DNA from: Malacoraja senta
Lineage: Eukaryota
Length of the DNA stretch: 64,000 nt
NCBI GenBank assembly: GCA_038087875.1
Contig: CM075998.1
Location: forward strand, 6,078,001 to 6,142,000
Direction of reading: 5' to 3'
Shown here in pieces: positions 47,799-60,854 of this stretch. The notes beneath the pieces are model-generated. The model did no database searches and was not told the origin of the DNA. It saw nothing but the letters and a program-made list of their open reading frames with translations. Position numbers and translations under genes: made by a program. Each line of letters opens with the position of its first letter. Within the stretch, counting starts at the first letter, position 1.

Positions 47799-50645
47799 TG
47801 AGGGAGGAGGACGGCTCGGTAACATCCTTGCAGACGGATATGCTGAGGGTCTGCAGATCCTTTTATATGGATTTGTACGACAGAAAGGCCATGGACAGCA
47901 CCGCCTCCCAGAACTTCCTGTCCTCTATCACGGAGATCTTGGAGGGCAGCAAGTGGGAGAGTCTGGACCAACCACTGACCCAAGAGGAGCTGACTGGTTC
48001 CATCAGTTCCTTTGACTCGAGTAAAACTCCCGGAAGCAGTGGCTTACCAGCCGAGTTGTATTCAGCTCTGTGGGACAGGGTGGGCCCAGACCTGCTGGAA
48101 GTGTACAACGACGTGCTTCTAGCTGGCAGCATGTCAGACTCCATGAGGAAGGGCAGCATCACCCTAATCTACAAGCAGAAGGGGGAGATGAAGGATATAA
48201 AGAATTGGAGACCCATCACATTGTTGAATGTAGGTCCTGTTTAAGGCCATCGCCAACCGGGTCAAGTCTGCTCTGGGACAGGTGATCCACCTGTGCTGTA
48301 CCTGGCAGGAAAATCTCAGACAGCCTGGCGCTGCTGAGAGATACCATCGCCTACGTGCAGGACAGACGGGTGGATGCCTGCCTAGTCAGCTTGGACCTGG
48401 AGAAGGCCTTCGACAGGATATCACACACGTACATGAGGGACGTGCTCTCCAAAATGGGTTTTGGGGAGGGAATCAGAAATTGGATCCAACTGCTCTACAC
48501 CAATATCTGTAGTGCAGTCCAAATCAATGGGTGGGAATCAGACAGCTTCCCCATCAGGTCTGGAGTCAGGCAGGGTTGCCCCTCTCTCCCCCATCTTGAT
48601 CGTCTGTTGTATTGAACCTTTTGCCGAGTCCATCAGGAAGGATGCGAGCATAAGAGGAGTGACATTGCCAGGCAGTGGGGGCACTCAGGTCAAAACCTTC
48701 CTGTACATGGACGATGTCGCTGTCTTCTGCTCGGATCCAGGGTCGGTCCGCAGACTGATTAGTATCTGCGACCAGTTTGAGTCGGCCACGGGAGCCAGGG
48801 TGAACCGCAGGAAGAGCGAGGCCGTGCTCTTTGGCAACTGGCCCGATCGTTCTTCTGTCCCCTTCACCATCAAGCCTAACTTCTTGAAGGTGCTGGGGAT
48901 CTGGTTCGGGGGGGCTGAGGCGTGTGACAATAATTGGCTGGAGCGGATAGTCAAGGTGGGGAAGAAGCTGGAGCTGTGGAGGCAACGCTCCCTCTCTATA
49001 ACAGGGAAAAATGTGGTCATCAGGTGTGAGGTGTTCTCGGGTCTGTTGTACTTGGCGCAAGTGTGGCCTGTCCCTCCCTCCTACGCCATATGGATCACCC
49101 GGGCCGTCTTCCAGTTCATCTGGGGGTCGAGGATAGACCGGGTGCAACGGGCCACAATGTACAAGTCAGCAGACAACGGGGGTAAGAGCGTGCCCAACGT
49201 CGCCCTCACCCTGATGGCCACCTTCGTGTGTGGCTGCATCAGGTGGAGTGAGAGCCAAGGCACGTGGGCACCAAGTGTCACTACCTGCTGAGGTTCTACC
49301 TGGCCCCGGTGTTGCGAAGGATGGGCCTGGCGCAGATGCCACGCAATGTGCCAGTCAGCTGGACATTGCCGCCCCATCTGTCGTTTGTGGAAAGGTTCTT
49401 CCGGACCAACACCTTTGACCACATGTCCATTGGCCAGTAGTCAGCACGGAACGTCCTGCAGGCACTGCAGGGAAAGGACTCGATTGATCCGGTGGCGTGG
49501 TTCCCAGAGCAGACTGCCCAGCTTGTCTGGCAAAATGCCTCATCGCCAGAACTCACCAACAAGTACCAAGACCTGGCTTGGCTGGCGGTGAGGGGAGCCC
49601 TCCCAGTCAGATCCTTCCTGCACCGTCGGAACCTCACTGCCAGCGCACGCTGCCCTCGGGACGGCTGCTATGGAGAGGAGACGGTTGCCCACCTCCCTGC
49701 AGAGTGTGGATTTGCAAAGAGAGTCTGGAGAGGTTTGCAAGGGTCCCTGGCACGCTTTATTCCGAACAGCTCCGTCACAGAGGACTCTGTGATTTACGGA
49801 CTGTTCCCAGGGACACATTCAGAGACTGACATCGAGTGCTGCTGGAGGGTCATCAACTCGGTGAAAGACGCTCTTTGGTCTGCCCGAGCGTTGTTGACCA
49901 CCCAGCAGAGCGAGATGTCCGTCAGGGAATGTTGCCGACTGGCCCGCTGCAGACTGCAGGAGTACGTGCTGAGGGACGCACTGAAGCTCGGTGCAGCCAA
50001 CGCCAAGGCTCAGTGGGGGAGGACCACAGTCTAGGGTCCTTCTGCTGCTGGACATGGGGGGCACGGTATGGTGGAGACGCCCCTCAAAATAAGGGAAGGG
50101 ATTCCACGGCAGTGGGCCACGTGAGTGGCAAGGGTGTGGGAAAATGTGGGAAATTTGGGTAATGTGTGTAAACAGTATTGAATGTTTGTATAGCCTCAGA
50201 GAATGTGGGAATCTTTTGCACGGTTCCTGTATTGTATTTATTACTTGAATAAAGTCTATTATGAAATTTAAAAAAAAACAGGCTAGTCAACCGCGGTACA
50301 TAACATCCACCACCAGGAGTCGCCCCCCAACCACCTCCCTGACCTCAGTGATGGCGAAGTTCCCTCCCCGCAGCAAGATCCCCAGACCGGAATCGCAACA
50401 GTCATTGCCCCCCCGACCCCACCGACAGTCCGTGGGGCCACCATCGCGACCATCTCCGATAGCAGCGGAGGTGTGGCAGCCCGTACTCCTGCAGAAAAGT
50501 CGTGTCCGCCTTGACCTTGGCCAAGTACTGCAAGGTATTAACACATCGTGCAGTGTACTTCACACTGCGCGCGTTTAAAGATGCCAGTTTTAGCTCCATT
50601 GTTCTTTAGAGTCACTGACCGTCATCCTGTCCTCTCATTCCCACC

Positions 50646-50788
50646 TTGGGGTAGGAGATTGCAACCTTCACGTGGTCTGCCCTGTTTCGACGAATGCAAT
50701 CAACCAGGCGTGCACAATCAAATAAGATCAAATAGAACAAGCTGTCCTACAACTTTAGGCTGTGCACGCCATACGCAAGAAGAAGATG
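50646..50788 (+). mobile_element. 143-bp non-autonomous retroposon with ribozyme head and (GAA)n tail
   Basis: TSD ATTCCCACC at 50637-50645 and 50789-50797; tail CCATACGCAAGAAGAAGA. Confidence 0.85.
50648..50701 (+). ncRNA. Minimal HDV-like self-cleaving ribozyme (predicted)
   Basis: P1 GGGGTAG/CTGCCCT with G.U at the cleavage site; P2 GATTGCA/TGCAATC; P3 ACC/GGT; L3 TTCACGT; P4 T-TTCG-A; J4/2 CGAA. Confidence 0.8.
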
Positions 50789-52489
50789 ATTCCCACCGCT
50801 TTGGTGAATTGCAGCACCGTTTCAGGGCTCAGGTACTGGTTGCTGGCTTCCTCAAGGAGGGTGTTCTCCTCTGGCGTAGCTGGAGATGTCGGGGGGACCC
50901 TCCTTGTTCCTCCCTCTTCTGGACGCACCGCTCCCTCCATCTCCTGTAGCTGGGGACTGGTGGCTGGTTCATTGCTCCCAGTCACCCCATTGGCCGCTGC
51001 ACTGCTCCCGGTCTCCTGGAGTTGGGGCCTATCGGCTGCTGCTCTGCTCCCGGTCTCCCGGAGCTGGGGGACAACAGGCGTGTCCTCTCTCTTTCCGATC
51101 TCCTCACCCATTTTCTTCCTCTGCCTCCGTCGTCAGGTCCTCGATGTCGCCTCATCCTCCGACGAGGAGAGGTTGCTGGCGTTGGTGTGGGAGAGGACTC
51201 TTTTCTTGGACTTTCCCGTTCCCTCCGGCCTTGGCTCTTTGGGCAGAGCACTCCTACTTTTCCTACTTTTTACCACCTGCCATTCCGCCTCCTGTTCCCC
51301 CTCTTCCATCGACTCTCCCTCTTGGGCAGGAGGCTGGGGGTCTCTGTCCGGCGGTTGGGGGCTCGAGGTGGTCGGGCTGTCCTCATCCCGGTTTTCTCTT
51401 TCTGCAGGGGTCTTGGCAGTGGTGGGAGGCGTCTCGCCCACCCTGGCGCTGTTGGAAACAGCCCCTCTTATTGCCTGTTCGTAGGTGCAGACTCTTTTAG
51501 GGCAGGCCCTGTAAAGGTGGCCTGCCTCCCCGCACAGGTTGCAGTTCTTGCTCACTTGGCAGTCCTTTGTCTCGTGGCCCTCCAGCTTGCAGTACTTGCA
51601 GACAACTGCACTGCATTGGGCCGCCACATGCCCAGGCTTGTTGCATTTCTTGCACAGCCTGGGTTTCACCGTGTAGGTCATGTTTCCTCCGATAGCGAAC
51701 ACTGAGGGAGGGTGGATGATGGCTCCCTTCTCGTCCACCCTCAGCTTCACCTTGACCTACCGCTTGCTCGTCCAGATCCCGAACAGGTCCTTCACATCCA
51801 CACAGTTCCCTGCTCCCTCGACGCAACGAGCATGGAAGGTGAGGACATCCACGACGGGCACACGCAATGTGCCAGTCAGCTGGACATTGCCGCACCATCT
51901 GTCGTTTGTGGAAAGGTTCTTCCGGACCAACACCTTTGACCACAAGTCCATTGGGCAGTGGTCAGCACGGAACCTCCTGCAGGCACTGCAGGGAAATGAC
52001 TCCATGGATCCTGTGGCGTGGTTCCCAGAGCAGACTGCCCAGCTTGTCTGGCGAAATGCCTCATCGCCAGAACTCGCCAAGATCCTTCCTGCATCGTCGG
52101 AACCTCACTACCAGCGCACGCTGCCCTCGGGACAGCTGCTATGGAGAGGAGACGGTTGCCCACCTCTCTGCAGAGTGTGGATTTGCAAAGAGAGTCTGGA
52201 GAGGTTTGCAAGGGTCCCTGTCACGGTTTATCCCGAACAGCTCCGTCACAGAGGACTCTGTGATTTACGGACCGTTCCCAGGGACAAATTCAGAGACTGA
52301 CATCGAGTGCTGCTGGAGGGTCATCAACTCGGTGAAAGACGCTCTTTGGTCTGCCCGAGCGTTGTTGACCTCCCAGCTCAGTGAGATGTCCGTCGGGGAA
52401 TGTTGCCGACTGGCCCGCTGCAGACTGCAGGAGTACGTGCTGAGGGACGCACTGAAGCTCAGTGCAGCCAACGCCAAGGCTTTGTGGGG

Positions 52490-52760
52490 TGCCTGAGCCG
52501 GCTGCCTGCCCCTTTTCCGAGGTTACTTCCGCGCCCAGGTGTTACTAGAGAGGGACTACGCCCTGTCCATGGGCGCCCTGGGAGATTTCCGGGACCGCTG
52601 GGCACCAAGGGGGGTTGAGTGTATCCTGGGCAAGGATTGTAATATAGTAGTTTGCTTAGTATAATTGTTTGTCTTGCATTATGGTGGTGGGGTCTGTTTT
52701 GTTTTATTGTATTGTAAATACTATTTTAATATTTGAATAAATATTTTTGATTTAAAAAAA
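52490..52760 (+). mobile_element. 3' fragment of a different Tx1/L1-type family nested in the second Tx1
   Basis: 14-bp TSD AAGGCTTTGTGGGG at 52476-52489 and 52761-52774; AATAAA plus A-tail. Confidence 0.8.
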
Positions 52761-53589
52761 AAGGCTTTGTGGGGGAGGACCACAGTCTAGGGTCCTTCCG
52801 CTGCTGGGGGGGCAGGGTGTGGTGGAGATGCCCCTCAAAATAAGGGAAGGGATTCCACGCCAGTGGGCCACGTGAGCGGCAAGGGTGTGGGGTAAGATTG
52901 TGTTATTTGTGTAAACCGTATTGAATGTATGTGTAGCCTCCCAGAATGTCTGATGGAGTTTTGTAAGGATCGTGTATTGTATATATTTATTTCTCGAATA
53001 AAGTCTATTTTGACATAAATAAATAAATAAATAACGGCTAGTCAACAGCTTGAACTTGAGCCTTTCACCACCTGATGGCCACATACACTGGACAGCCAGA
53101 CTCTACTGTTTAGCCATTGGTAGAAAGAACCTTATCCAACATTTTATTTGTGAATAAAAGTGCTGAAGGTAATTATAACACAATCACAATCAGTTTTATT
53201 CATCACTTGCACATAAAGTGCAAGTGAAATGAATTTGCCAGCAGGGGTACAATGGAAAATAGAACACACAAAAACACAATACAAATTTTAACATAAACAT
53301 CCACCACAGCATTCATCACTGTGGTGGAAGGCACACAATTTGGCCAGTCCTCCTCCATTCCCCCCGTGGTCGGGACCTCAACCCTCCGCAGCCGTCGCTG
53401 CGGGCGTCCAGATGAGTAGAAAAGGAAAGTCCCGGTAAGTCCTGAAATGGTGCCTCCCCATCGGAGACCGCGGCTTCAGGTATAAATGATCTGCCTTCCT
53501 GGTAGGTTAACATAAAATAGCACCCTCCAGGGATTTGCCAAGAGGCAATGGGAGCACCCCTTCTGATTTAGAGGCCAGTGGGTTCAGAC

Positions 53590-53900
53590 AAGGGGTCACA
53601 GCTTAAGGATAAGGGGGAAATCCTTTAAGACCGAGATGAGGAAAAACTTTTTCACACAGAGAGTGGTGAATCTCTGGAACTCTCTGCCACAGAGGGTAGT
53701 TGATGCCAGTTCATTGGCTATATTTAAGAGGGAGTTAGATGTGGCCCTTGTGGCTAAAGGGATCAGGGGGTATGGAGAGAAGGCAGGTACGGGATACTGA
53801 GTTGGATGATCAGCCATGATCATATTGAATGGCGGTGCAGGCTCGAAGGGCCGAATGGCCTACTCCTGCACCTATTTTCTATGTATCTATGTATCTATGA
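53590..53900 (+). mobile_element. CR1 3' end
   Basis: GTGAATCTCTGGAAC...GAAGGGCCGAATGGCCTACTCCTGC; (TCTATG)-type tail. Confidence 0.85.
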
Positions 53901-54458
53901 TCCCAGTCCAGATTAACGACCGGTTGTAATTTTGAGGGTTGGATGTTGGATCGGACATCAGCTTAACATCCCTTGTCAAATAGCTCTGAGGTATTTGAGC
54001 AATGTGGAAAAAAGGTGTGTCAGTTTAGCCGCTGATTGAAAGATGGCAGATCAAACAATGCACATTCCATCGGAACGGCCTGAATTATCAATTTAAGAAT
54101 CTCAATCATAATCAAACTTTATTAGCCAAGTATGTTTTGCAACATACGAAATTCATCGAATTCCTTCATTTATGAATCCGACAGCATGCAGATGGTTAAT
54201 TATGCGATACTCTGTTTCTTATTTATGCAATACTCTTTCTTATTTACAGCTTCATTAAATGGGGATGACCTTTGCGGAAGTGGCAGTGATCTAGCAATGT
54301 AACATTTTTCCAGCATTAGCACTTTTTTTAATGATGATACAAAATATAAAAACAATGATTAATTTGAGCAGAGTTCTAAGGCAGTACTAGCTGCTCCCTG
54401 TGGAACCAGAAGAGGCAGAGAACATGAGCTTGGGGTGTAAAAAACCACCTTGTAGTCA

Positions 54459-56438
54459 CAGTGCCCTCCATAATGTTTGGGACCCATAATTTATTTAAGC
54501 TGAAGGGTTTCGACCTGAAACCTTGCCTATTTCCTTCGCTCCATAGATGCTGCTGCACCCGCTGAGTTTCTCCAGCATTTTTGTCTCCCTTCGATTTTCC
54601 AGCATCTGCAGTTCCTTCTTAAACACCCATCATTTATTTATTTGCCTCTGTACTCCACAATTTGAGATTTGTAATAGAGAAAAATCACATGTGGTTAAAG
54701 TGCACATTGTCAGATTTTATTAAAGGGTATTTTTATACATTTTGGTTTCACCATGTGGAAATTACAGCAGTGTTTATACATGGTTCCCCCCATTTCAGGG
54801 CACCATAATGTTTGGGACACAGCAATGACATGTAAATGAAAGTAGTCATGTTTAGTATTTTGTTGCATATCCTTTGCATACAATGACTGCTTGAACTCTG
54901 CGATTCATGGACATCACCAGTTGCCGGGTGTCTTCTCTGGTGATGCTCTGCCAGGCCTGTATTGCAGACATCTTTAGCTTATGCTTGTTTTGGGGGCTAG
55001 TCCCCTTCAGTTTTCTCTTCAGCATATAAAAGGCATGCTCAGTTGGGTACAGATCGTGTAATTGAGTTGATCACCCAAGAATTTACAATTTTTTAGCTTT
55101 GAAAAACTCCTTTGTTGCTTTATCAGTATGTTTGGGATCATTGTCTTGCTGTAGAATGAACCGCCGGCCAATGAGTTTTGAAGCATTTGTTTGAACTTGA
55201 GTAGATAGGATGTGTCTATACACTTCAGAATTCATTATGCTACTACCATCAGCAGTTGTATCATCAATGAAGATAAGTGAGCCAGTACCTTCAGCAGTTA
55301 TACATGCCCAGGCCATAACACCCCCACCACTGTGTTTCACAGATGAGGTGGTATGCTTTTGATCTTGGGCAGTTCCTCTCTCCTCCATACTTTGCACTTG
55401 CCATCACTCTGATATAAGTTAATCTTTGTCTCATCTGTCCACAAGACCTTTTTTCCAGAACTGTAGTTGCTCTTTAAAGTACTTATTGGCAAACTGTAGA
55501 CAATAGGTGCAGGAGTAGGCCATTTGGCCTTTTGAGCCATTCAATGTGATCATGGCTGATCATCCCCAATCAGTACCCCGTTCCTGCCTTCTCCCCATAT
55601 CCCCTGACTCCGCTATTTTTAAGAGACCTATCTAGCTCTCTCTTGAAAGCATCCAGAGAACCTGCCTCCACCGCCCTCTGAGGCAGAGAAGGTAACCTGG
55701 CCATCCTATTTTTGCAGCTAACCAGTGGTTTGCATCTTGCAATGTAGCCTCTGTATTTCTGTTCATAAAGTCTTCTGCGGACAGTGGTCATTGACAAATC
55801 CACACCTGACTCCTGAAGAGAGTTTCTGATCTATCGGACAAGTGTTTGGGTTTTTTCTTTATTATAGAGAGAATTTGTTTGTCATCAGCTGTGGAGGTCT
55901 TCCTTGGCCTGCCAGTCCCTTTGCGATTAGTAAACTCACCAGTGCCCTCTGTCTTCTTAATGATGTTCCAAACTGTTGATTTTGTTAAGCCTAAGATTTG
56001 TCTGATGTCTCTAACAGTTTTATTCTTGTTTCAGTCTCATAATGGCTTCTTTGACTTTCATTGGCACAACTTTGGTCATCATGTTGATAAACAGCAATAA
56101 AAGTTTCCAAAGGTGATGGAAAGACTGGAGGAAAGACTAGGTGCTGAGAGCTCTCTTATACTGCATTAAGGAGACAATTAAACACACCTGAGCAATTACA
56201 TACGCCTGTGAAGCCATGTGTCCCAAACATTATGGTGCCCTGAAATGGGGAGACCATGTATAAACACAGCTGTAATTTCTACATGGTGATACCAAAATGT
56301 ATAAAAATACCCTTTAATAAAATCTGACAATGTGCACTTTAACCACATGTGATTTTTTCTATTACAAATCTCAAACTGGAGTATAGAGGCAAATAAGTAA
56401 TTGATGGGTCTTTGTCCCAGACATTATGGAGGGCACTG
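54459..56438 (-). mobile_element. Tc1-like transposon of IR/DR type with degenerate transposase; Penelope repeat and CR1 tail nested inside
   Basis: TIR CAGTGCCCTCCATAATGT with inner direct repeats; WTDETK, KH.GGGVMAW and QQDNDPKH motifs; TA on the right flank, CA on the left. Confidence 0.92.
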
Positions 56439-56966
56439 TATATACCATGTGTAAGAAGGAACTGCAGATGCTGGTTTAACCCGAAGACAGGCACAAAAAG
56501 CTGGAGTAACTCAGCGGGACAGGCAGCATCTGTGGCATCGAGATGCTGCCTGTCCAGCTGAGCTACTCCAGCTTTTTGTAGTTATATACCACCTGTTTTA
56601 GGAGCAGCATGGGTTAGAGGTCAGATTGGCAACATTAGTGGCATCTTTCACAGCATGAGTACAGGTTATTCAAGGACATTTCTAAAAATGCTCTATGCAT
56701 GTGAATGAAAATACATTCAATGGTAACGCCCAAATGGGGACTTGAAAGGACAATGAGGAAAGAAGACTTCACATCATGTGTACAGTTCTGGTAGCCACAG
56801 TACCGGAAGAACGTGGTAGCGTCAGGAAGAGTGGAAGAGATTTACCAGGATATTGCTTGCATTGGAGGGCTTTACTTACAGTATAAGGAGAAATTGGAGA
56901 GTCTGAATTTATTCTCACTTGTACACATGAGACTGAGGGCTATCCTTATTGAGGTTTATAACATTA

Positions 56967-58699
56967 CTAGACTAAGTGGGACCCGTTGGGACCCAGCATC
57001 ACACGGGAGGGCTGGTCCCCCAACGCAATATTCCACCTTTCCACCAATTCCAATATTGGTGGCCAGTGGGGTGCGGGGGGGGGGGGGGGGGGTTCTGTAG
57101 CGCTAGTATGGGTGTTGTGGGCTGAAGGGACTGGTTTCCAGAGGGCTAGTATACACATTGTGGGCCAAATAGATTCTTGGGCTGCCGGCTCAGTCACTCA
57201 AGCCTGTTGTGCTGGCAGCTCACTGACTCACAGCTGGTGGGCTGGCAGTTGACTCACGGCTATTCCCTGAAATTCCATTTCAAGCAGGGTGCAAGGCCAC
57301 CAAATTCAAGTACAGTTTCTTACCACTTCAAGCAGGGTGCAAGGCCACCAAATTCAAGTGCAGTTTCATACCATTTCAAGCAGGGTGCAAGGCCACTAAA
57401 GACAGCGAGTCATGACCTCTCCCTCCTCCATCTTGCAGAGAATGAGCCCCGCCCACACTTCTGGCTTTTATAGACCCTCCCACCAGAAGGGGCGTGGCCT
57501 TCATGGCATGATTAACAGGAGAGAGAATCTCAACATTTTTTTAAACACTAATAACTCTTTTATTTTTCATCGATGGGAAAAGTCCTCGGCACCCGATGAG
57601 CGGAGGGGGACTGAGTAAGATGGCCAAAAATCACAGCCGTACGTGGTAGCGTTTTTTCTAAAATCAATATAAAGCGCAAACAGGAAGTGGTCAAGATTAG
57701 ACTTTTAATTATATAGAAGGCAAGGCAACTTTAATTAGGCGAGGCAACTTTAATTCGGCAAGGCAACTTTAATTAGGCATGGGAACTTTAATTAGGCAAG
57801 GTAACTTTAATTGGGTAAGGCAACTTTAATTAGGCAAGGCAACTTTAGTATTTCCAAACCAAAGGCAACACAGCTTTATCATTTCCAAACCAAAGGCAAC
57901 ACAGCTTTAAAGCTCTGTCCCACGGTACGAGTTCATTCCAAGAGCTCTCCCGAGTTTCGAACGCGGAGATTTACGGTAATGGCCACTCGTCGGTACTCGG
58001 GGCTCTCTTGGACATTTTTCAACATGTTGAAAAATCTTCACGAGTCTTCCCGTGCTTACCTGCCATTAGCGAGTCTTCCCGAGTACCTGCCGTTAGCGTT
58101 ACGAGCCGCTAAGAGACGTCCCCGAGCTCGGACGTACCCGCTACATTCATTCTCCGTGCTTACCACGAGTTTGATTTTTTTTAAACTTGGGAGAGCTCTT
58201 GGAATGAACTTGTACCGTGGGACAGGGCTATTAGCATTTCCAAACCAAAGGCAACACAGCTTTAGCATTTCCAAACCAAAGGCAACACAGCTTTAGCATT
58301 TCCAAACTATATTTTCAAACCACATTAAGGGCATTGACAGGTCAGTAAAACCACTCACAGTTTAGTAGACATGTGTTCAGTGTTATTCACAGCTCAGACT
58401 GAGGGACGTGACCCTCTCACTCCCTCATCTTGCAGAGACTGACTAAGGCACTCAACACTTCCGGGTTTCATAGTCCCTCTGGAAGGGGCGTGGCCTTCAG
58501 GAGAGAGAACCTCAACATTTTTTAAACACTAATAACTCTTTTATTTTTAATTGATGGGGAAAATCCTCTTGTCCTGCGCAGCGGAGGGGGACTCTGAGTA
58601 AGATGGCCAAAAATCACAGCCGTAAGTGGCAGCGTTTTTTCTAAAATCAATATACAGAACTACAGGAAGTGGTTAAGATCAGACTTTTAGTAATATAGA
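56967..58699 (-). mobile_element. Non-autonomous Helitron inserted in CR1
   Basis: On the minus strand it starts 5'-TC and ends CTAG-3', with a subterminal GGG(T/A)CCC hairpin. Inserted between A and T with no TSD; CR1 ...AACATTA|TGAGGGGC rejoins. Internal 19-, 31- and about 50-bp tandem repeats. Confidence 0.85.
57910..58230. mobile_element. Harbinger-type MITE inside the Helitron minisatellite
   Basis: About 48-bp TIRs ...CTGTCCCACGGTAC...; exact TTA TSD. Confidence 0.85.
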
Positions 58700-59934
58700 T
58701 GAGGGGCATAGCTCAGGTAGGAGTCTTCTTCCTAGGGTGGAAGTATCTAAAACTTGAGGCCAAATTTTTAACACAGAGGGTGATAGTTATATGGAACCAG
58801 GTAGTAGTAGGTAAAATTATAGCACAGGTACTTGGATAGGAAATGAGTAGTGGGATACAGGCCTCATGCAGGATTTAGGATTAACATAGGTAGGCATCAC
58901 AGTTGGCATGGACAATTTGGGCGTTGAAAACTTTCTGAACTATGACTCGACAGATATGAGTTCTGACCTCAGGAAGTGACTTTCAAAGATTCACACCATC
59001 ATACAATCAGCACTCCTCCAGCTTCTGGGGAGTGTCATTATAGCATTGTTTGGTACAATGATGGGAAGTGGCTGGCAGAGACCTCTGGAATTCAGAGGAA
59101 CCTGCACACAGGAGGTAGCCTGCTTGTACAAAAAGCATTTATATCAGTACAAGGAAATGGAGGTGTGTGTAAGGCCATCAGAGCCGTCATTTAACCCTTC
59201 TATTTTAGGGAATCCTGCAATGTCGCTGAGTGCCCCTAGATATTCTGGGTGCTAGAGATGGATAAACGAAAAATGGAAGGTTCCTCACCATGATGATTGA
59301 TGGCTGTGGAAAGTTTTGGATGCCACCTCTTCTGTCAGAAGTCTCTTCTGTGTCTCGTCCATTTCTCATCTGGTGAACAGGGAACTATTCCTCTATCTGG
59401 GATCCCATTTTGGCCAGTTTACTTGAGACTTGTTTGGCAGAGAGTTTAGCATCTCCCTGCCTATTCCTGAAGGGAGATGTGTCTGGCCCACAAATAATGC
59501 AGCTGTGGAGAGTCAATAAAAACTGCTTCCTCATGAGCAATAATGTCGGTTATCAGGTGTTGCAAACCCTCACTGGAGACAAGATAGGGGTGCACGGCCA
59601 ATGATGTCAGCTGGGTGAGCTGAACACCCGAAAAACAGTGCTAGTGTACAAGAAAATTCTCCCAAAGTTGCTTGATGTCAATTTTATCCAGAAAATGCCC
59701 ATTTGTTTGTGTATATGTATTCCTAGACTGGCGTGTTGAATTTTTATCATTAACGATCATAATCACTTCGCTCAGATATCCAGCCCCATACTTTAATCAT
59801 CCTCAACATTTCCAATGTTTTCCTTGGATTAGGCAAGGAACCAGTTAGATCAAGTCAAGATCATTTTATTGTCATATATCCCAAAACGGGACAATGACAT
59901 TTTTACTTGCAGCAGCACAACAGATATATAAACA

Positions 59935-60512
59935 TGTGTTAAAGAAGGAACTGCAGATGCTGGAAAATCGAAGGTACACAAAAATGCTGGAGAAACTCAG
60001 CGGGTGCAGCAGCATCTATGGAGCGAAGGAAATAGGTAACGTTTCGGGCCGAAACCCTTCTTCAGACTGATAGGGGGTGGGGAGAAGAAAGGAAAAAAGG
60101 AAAAAGGCGGATGAGGAGCCCGAGGGCCGGGGGAGGGGAGGAGACAACCAGATGGCTGATGAAGGGGAGGGGACAGCAAGGGCTAGCAGAATTGGGAGAA
60201 TTCAATGTTCAAGCCCCCAGGATGTAGACTGCCCAAGCGGAATATGAGGTGCATTTCCTCCAATTTCCGGTGTTGCTCGCTGTGGCCATGGAGGAGACCC
60301 AGGACAGAGAGGTCAGATACGGAATGGGAGGGGGAGTTGAAGTGCTGAGCCACTGGGAGGTCAGGTTGGTTATTGCGGACCGACCGGAGGTGTTCGGCGA
60401 AACGATCGCCAAGCCTCCGCTTGGTCTCACCGATGTCGATCAGCTGGCATCTAGAGCAGCGAATGCAATAGATGAGGTTGGAGGAGATGCAGGTGAACCT
60501 CTGTCGCACCTG
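59935..60512 (-). mobile_element. Penelope-like GIY-YIG 3' fragment
   Basis: ORF 60183-60509. Confidence 0.9.
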
Positions 60513-60854
60513 CCCGAAACGTTAGATATATAAACATAGTACTCTGTAAACACTATAATCAACAACAAATAAAAGTTCAGTATGTATAATAAAAACATAC
60601 AAACAAACAATAAGAATGCGTTTAATAGTAATATTAGTAATGAACAAAAAGGGCTTAGAGAGGTAAAACCATGTGATAATGGCTGCCAGTGTATATTAGT
60701 GCTTTAAGGAGTGGATCAGGTTTGGCTATAGTTTTCTGTGTAAGTTCTCAATGTCTAGATTTTGTATTAAGGAAGGAAGATCATGGTGGGAGTCGATCAA
60801 CCCATCATGGCTGTGCCATCTCTTTGAAAGAACTAAACTAATTAGGTCCAATAA

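Larger units (their letters stand above)
45259..50034 (+). pseudogene. Tx1 ORF2 (endonuclease/RT), frameshifted and interrupted
   Basis: LNVRS, FLQE, SDH, KTPG, WRPITLLN, DLEKAFD, GVRQGCP and YMDD spread over several frames. Confidence 0.9.
41390..50280 (+). mobile_element. Near full-length Tx1-clade LINE, degenerate, with three nested insertions
   Basis: ORF1 with three CCHC knuckles, APE endonuclease, RT (YMDD), C-terminal CPR..C...H, AATAAA and A-tail at 50270. Confidence 0.92.
50292..53035. mobile_element. Second Tx1 copy with inverted 5' part (50292-51860 minus; 51860-53035 plus)
   Basis: TSD GGCTAGTCAAC at 50281-50291 and 53036-53046; ORF1 and EN start inverted; ORF2 3' end direct; (AAAT)n tail. 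Confidence 0.88.

Noticed and set aside
57715..58310. Regular short repeats resembling a CRISPR array
   Set aside because: Head-to-tail minisatellites with no unique spacers, inside a Helitron, in eukaryotic DNA with no cas genes.
59289..59466. Minus-strand exon-like segment (CCCTTCAG ... GTGAGG)
   Set aside because: Stops in all three frames, weak acceptor and no other support.
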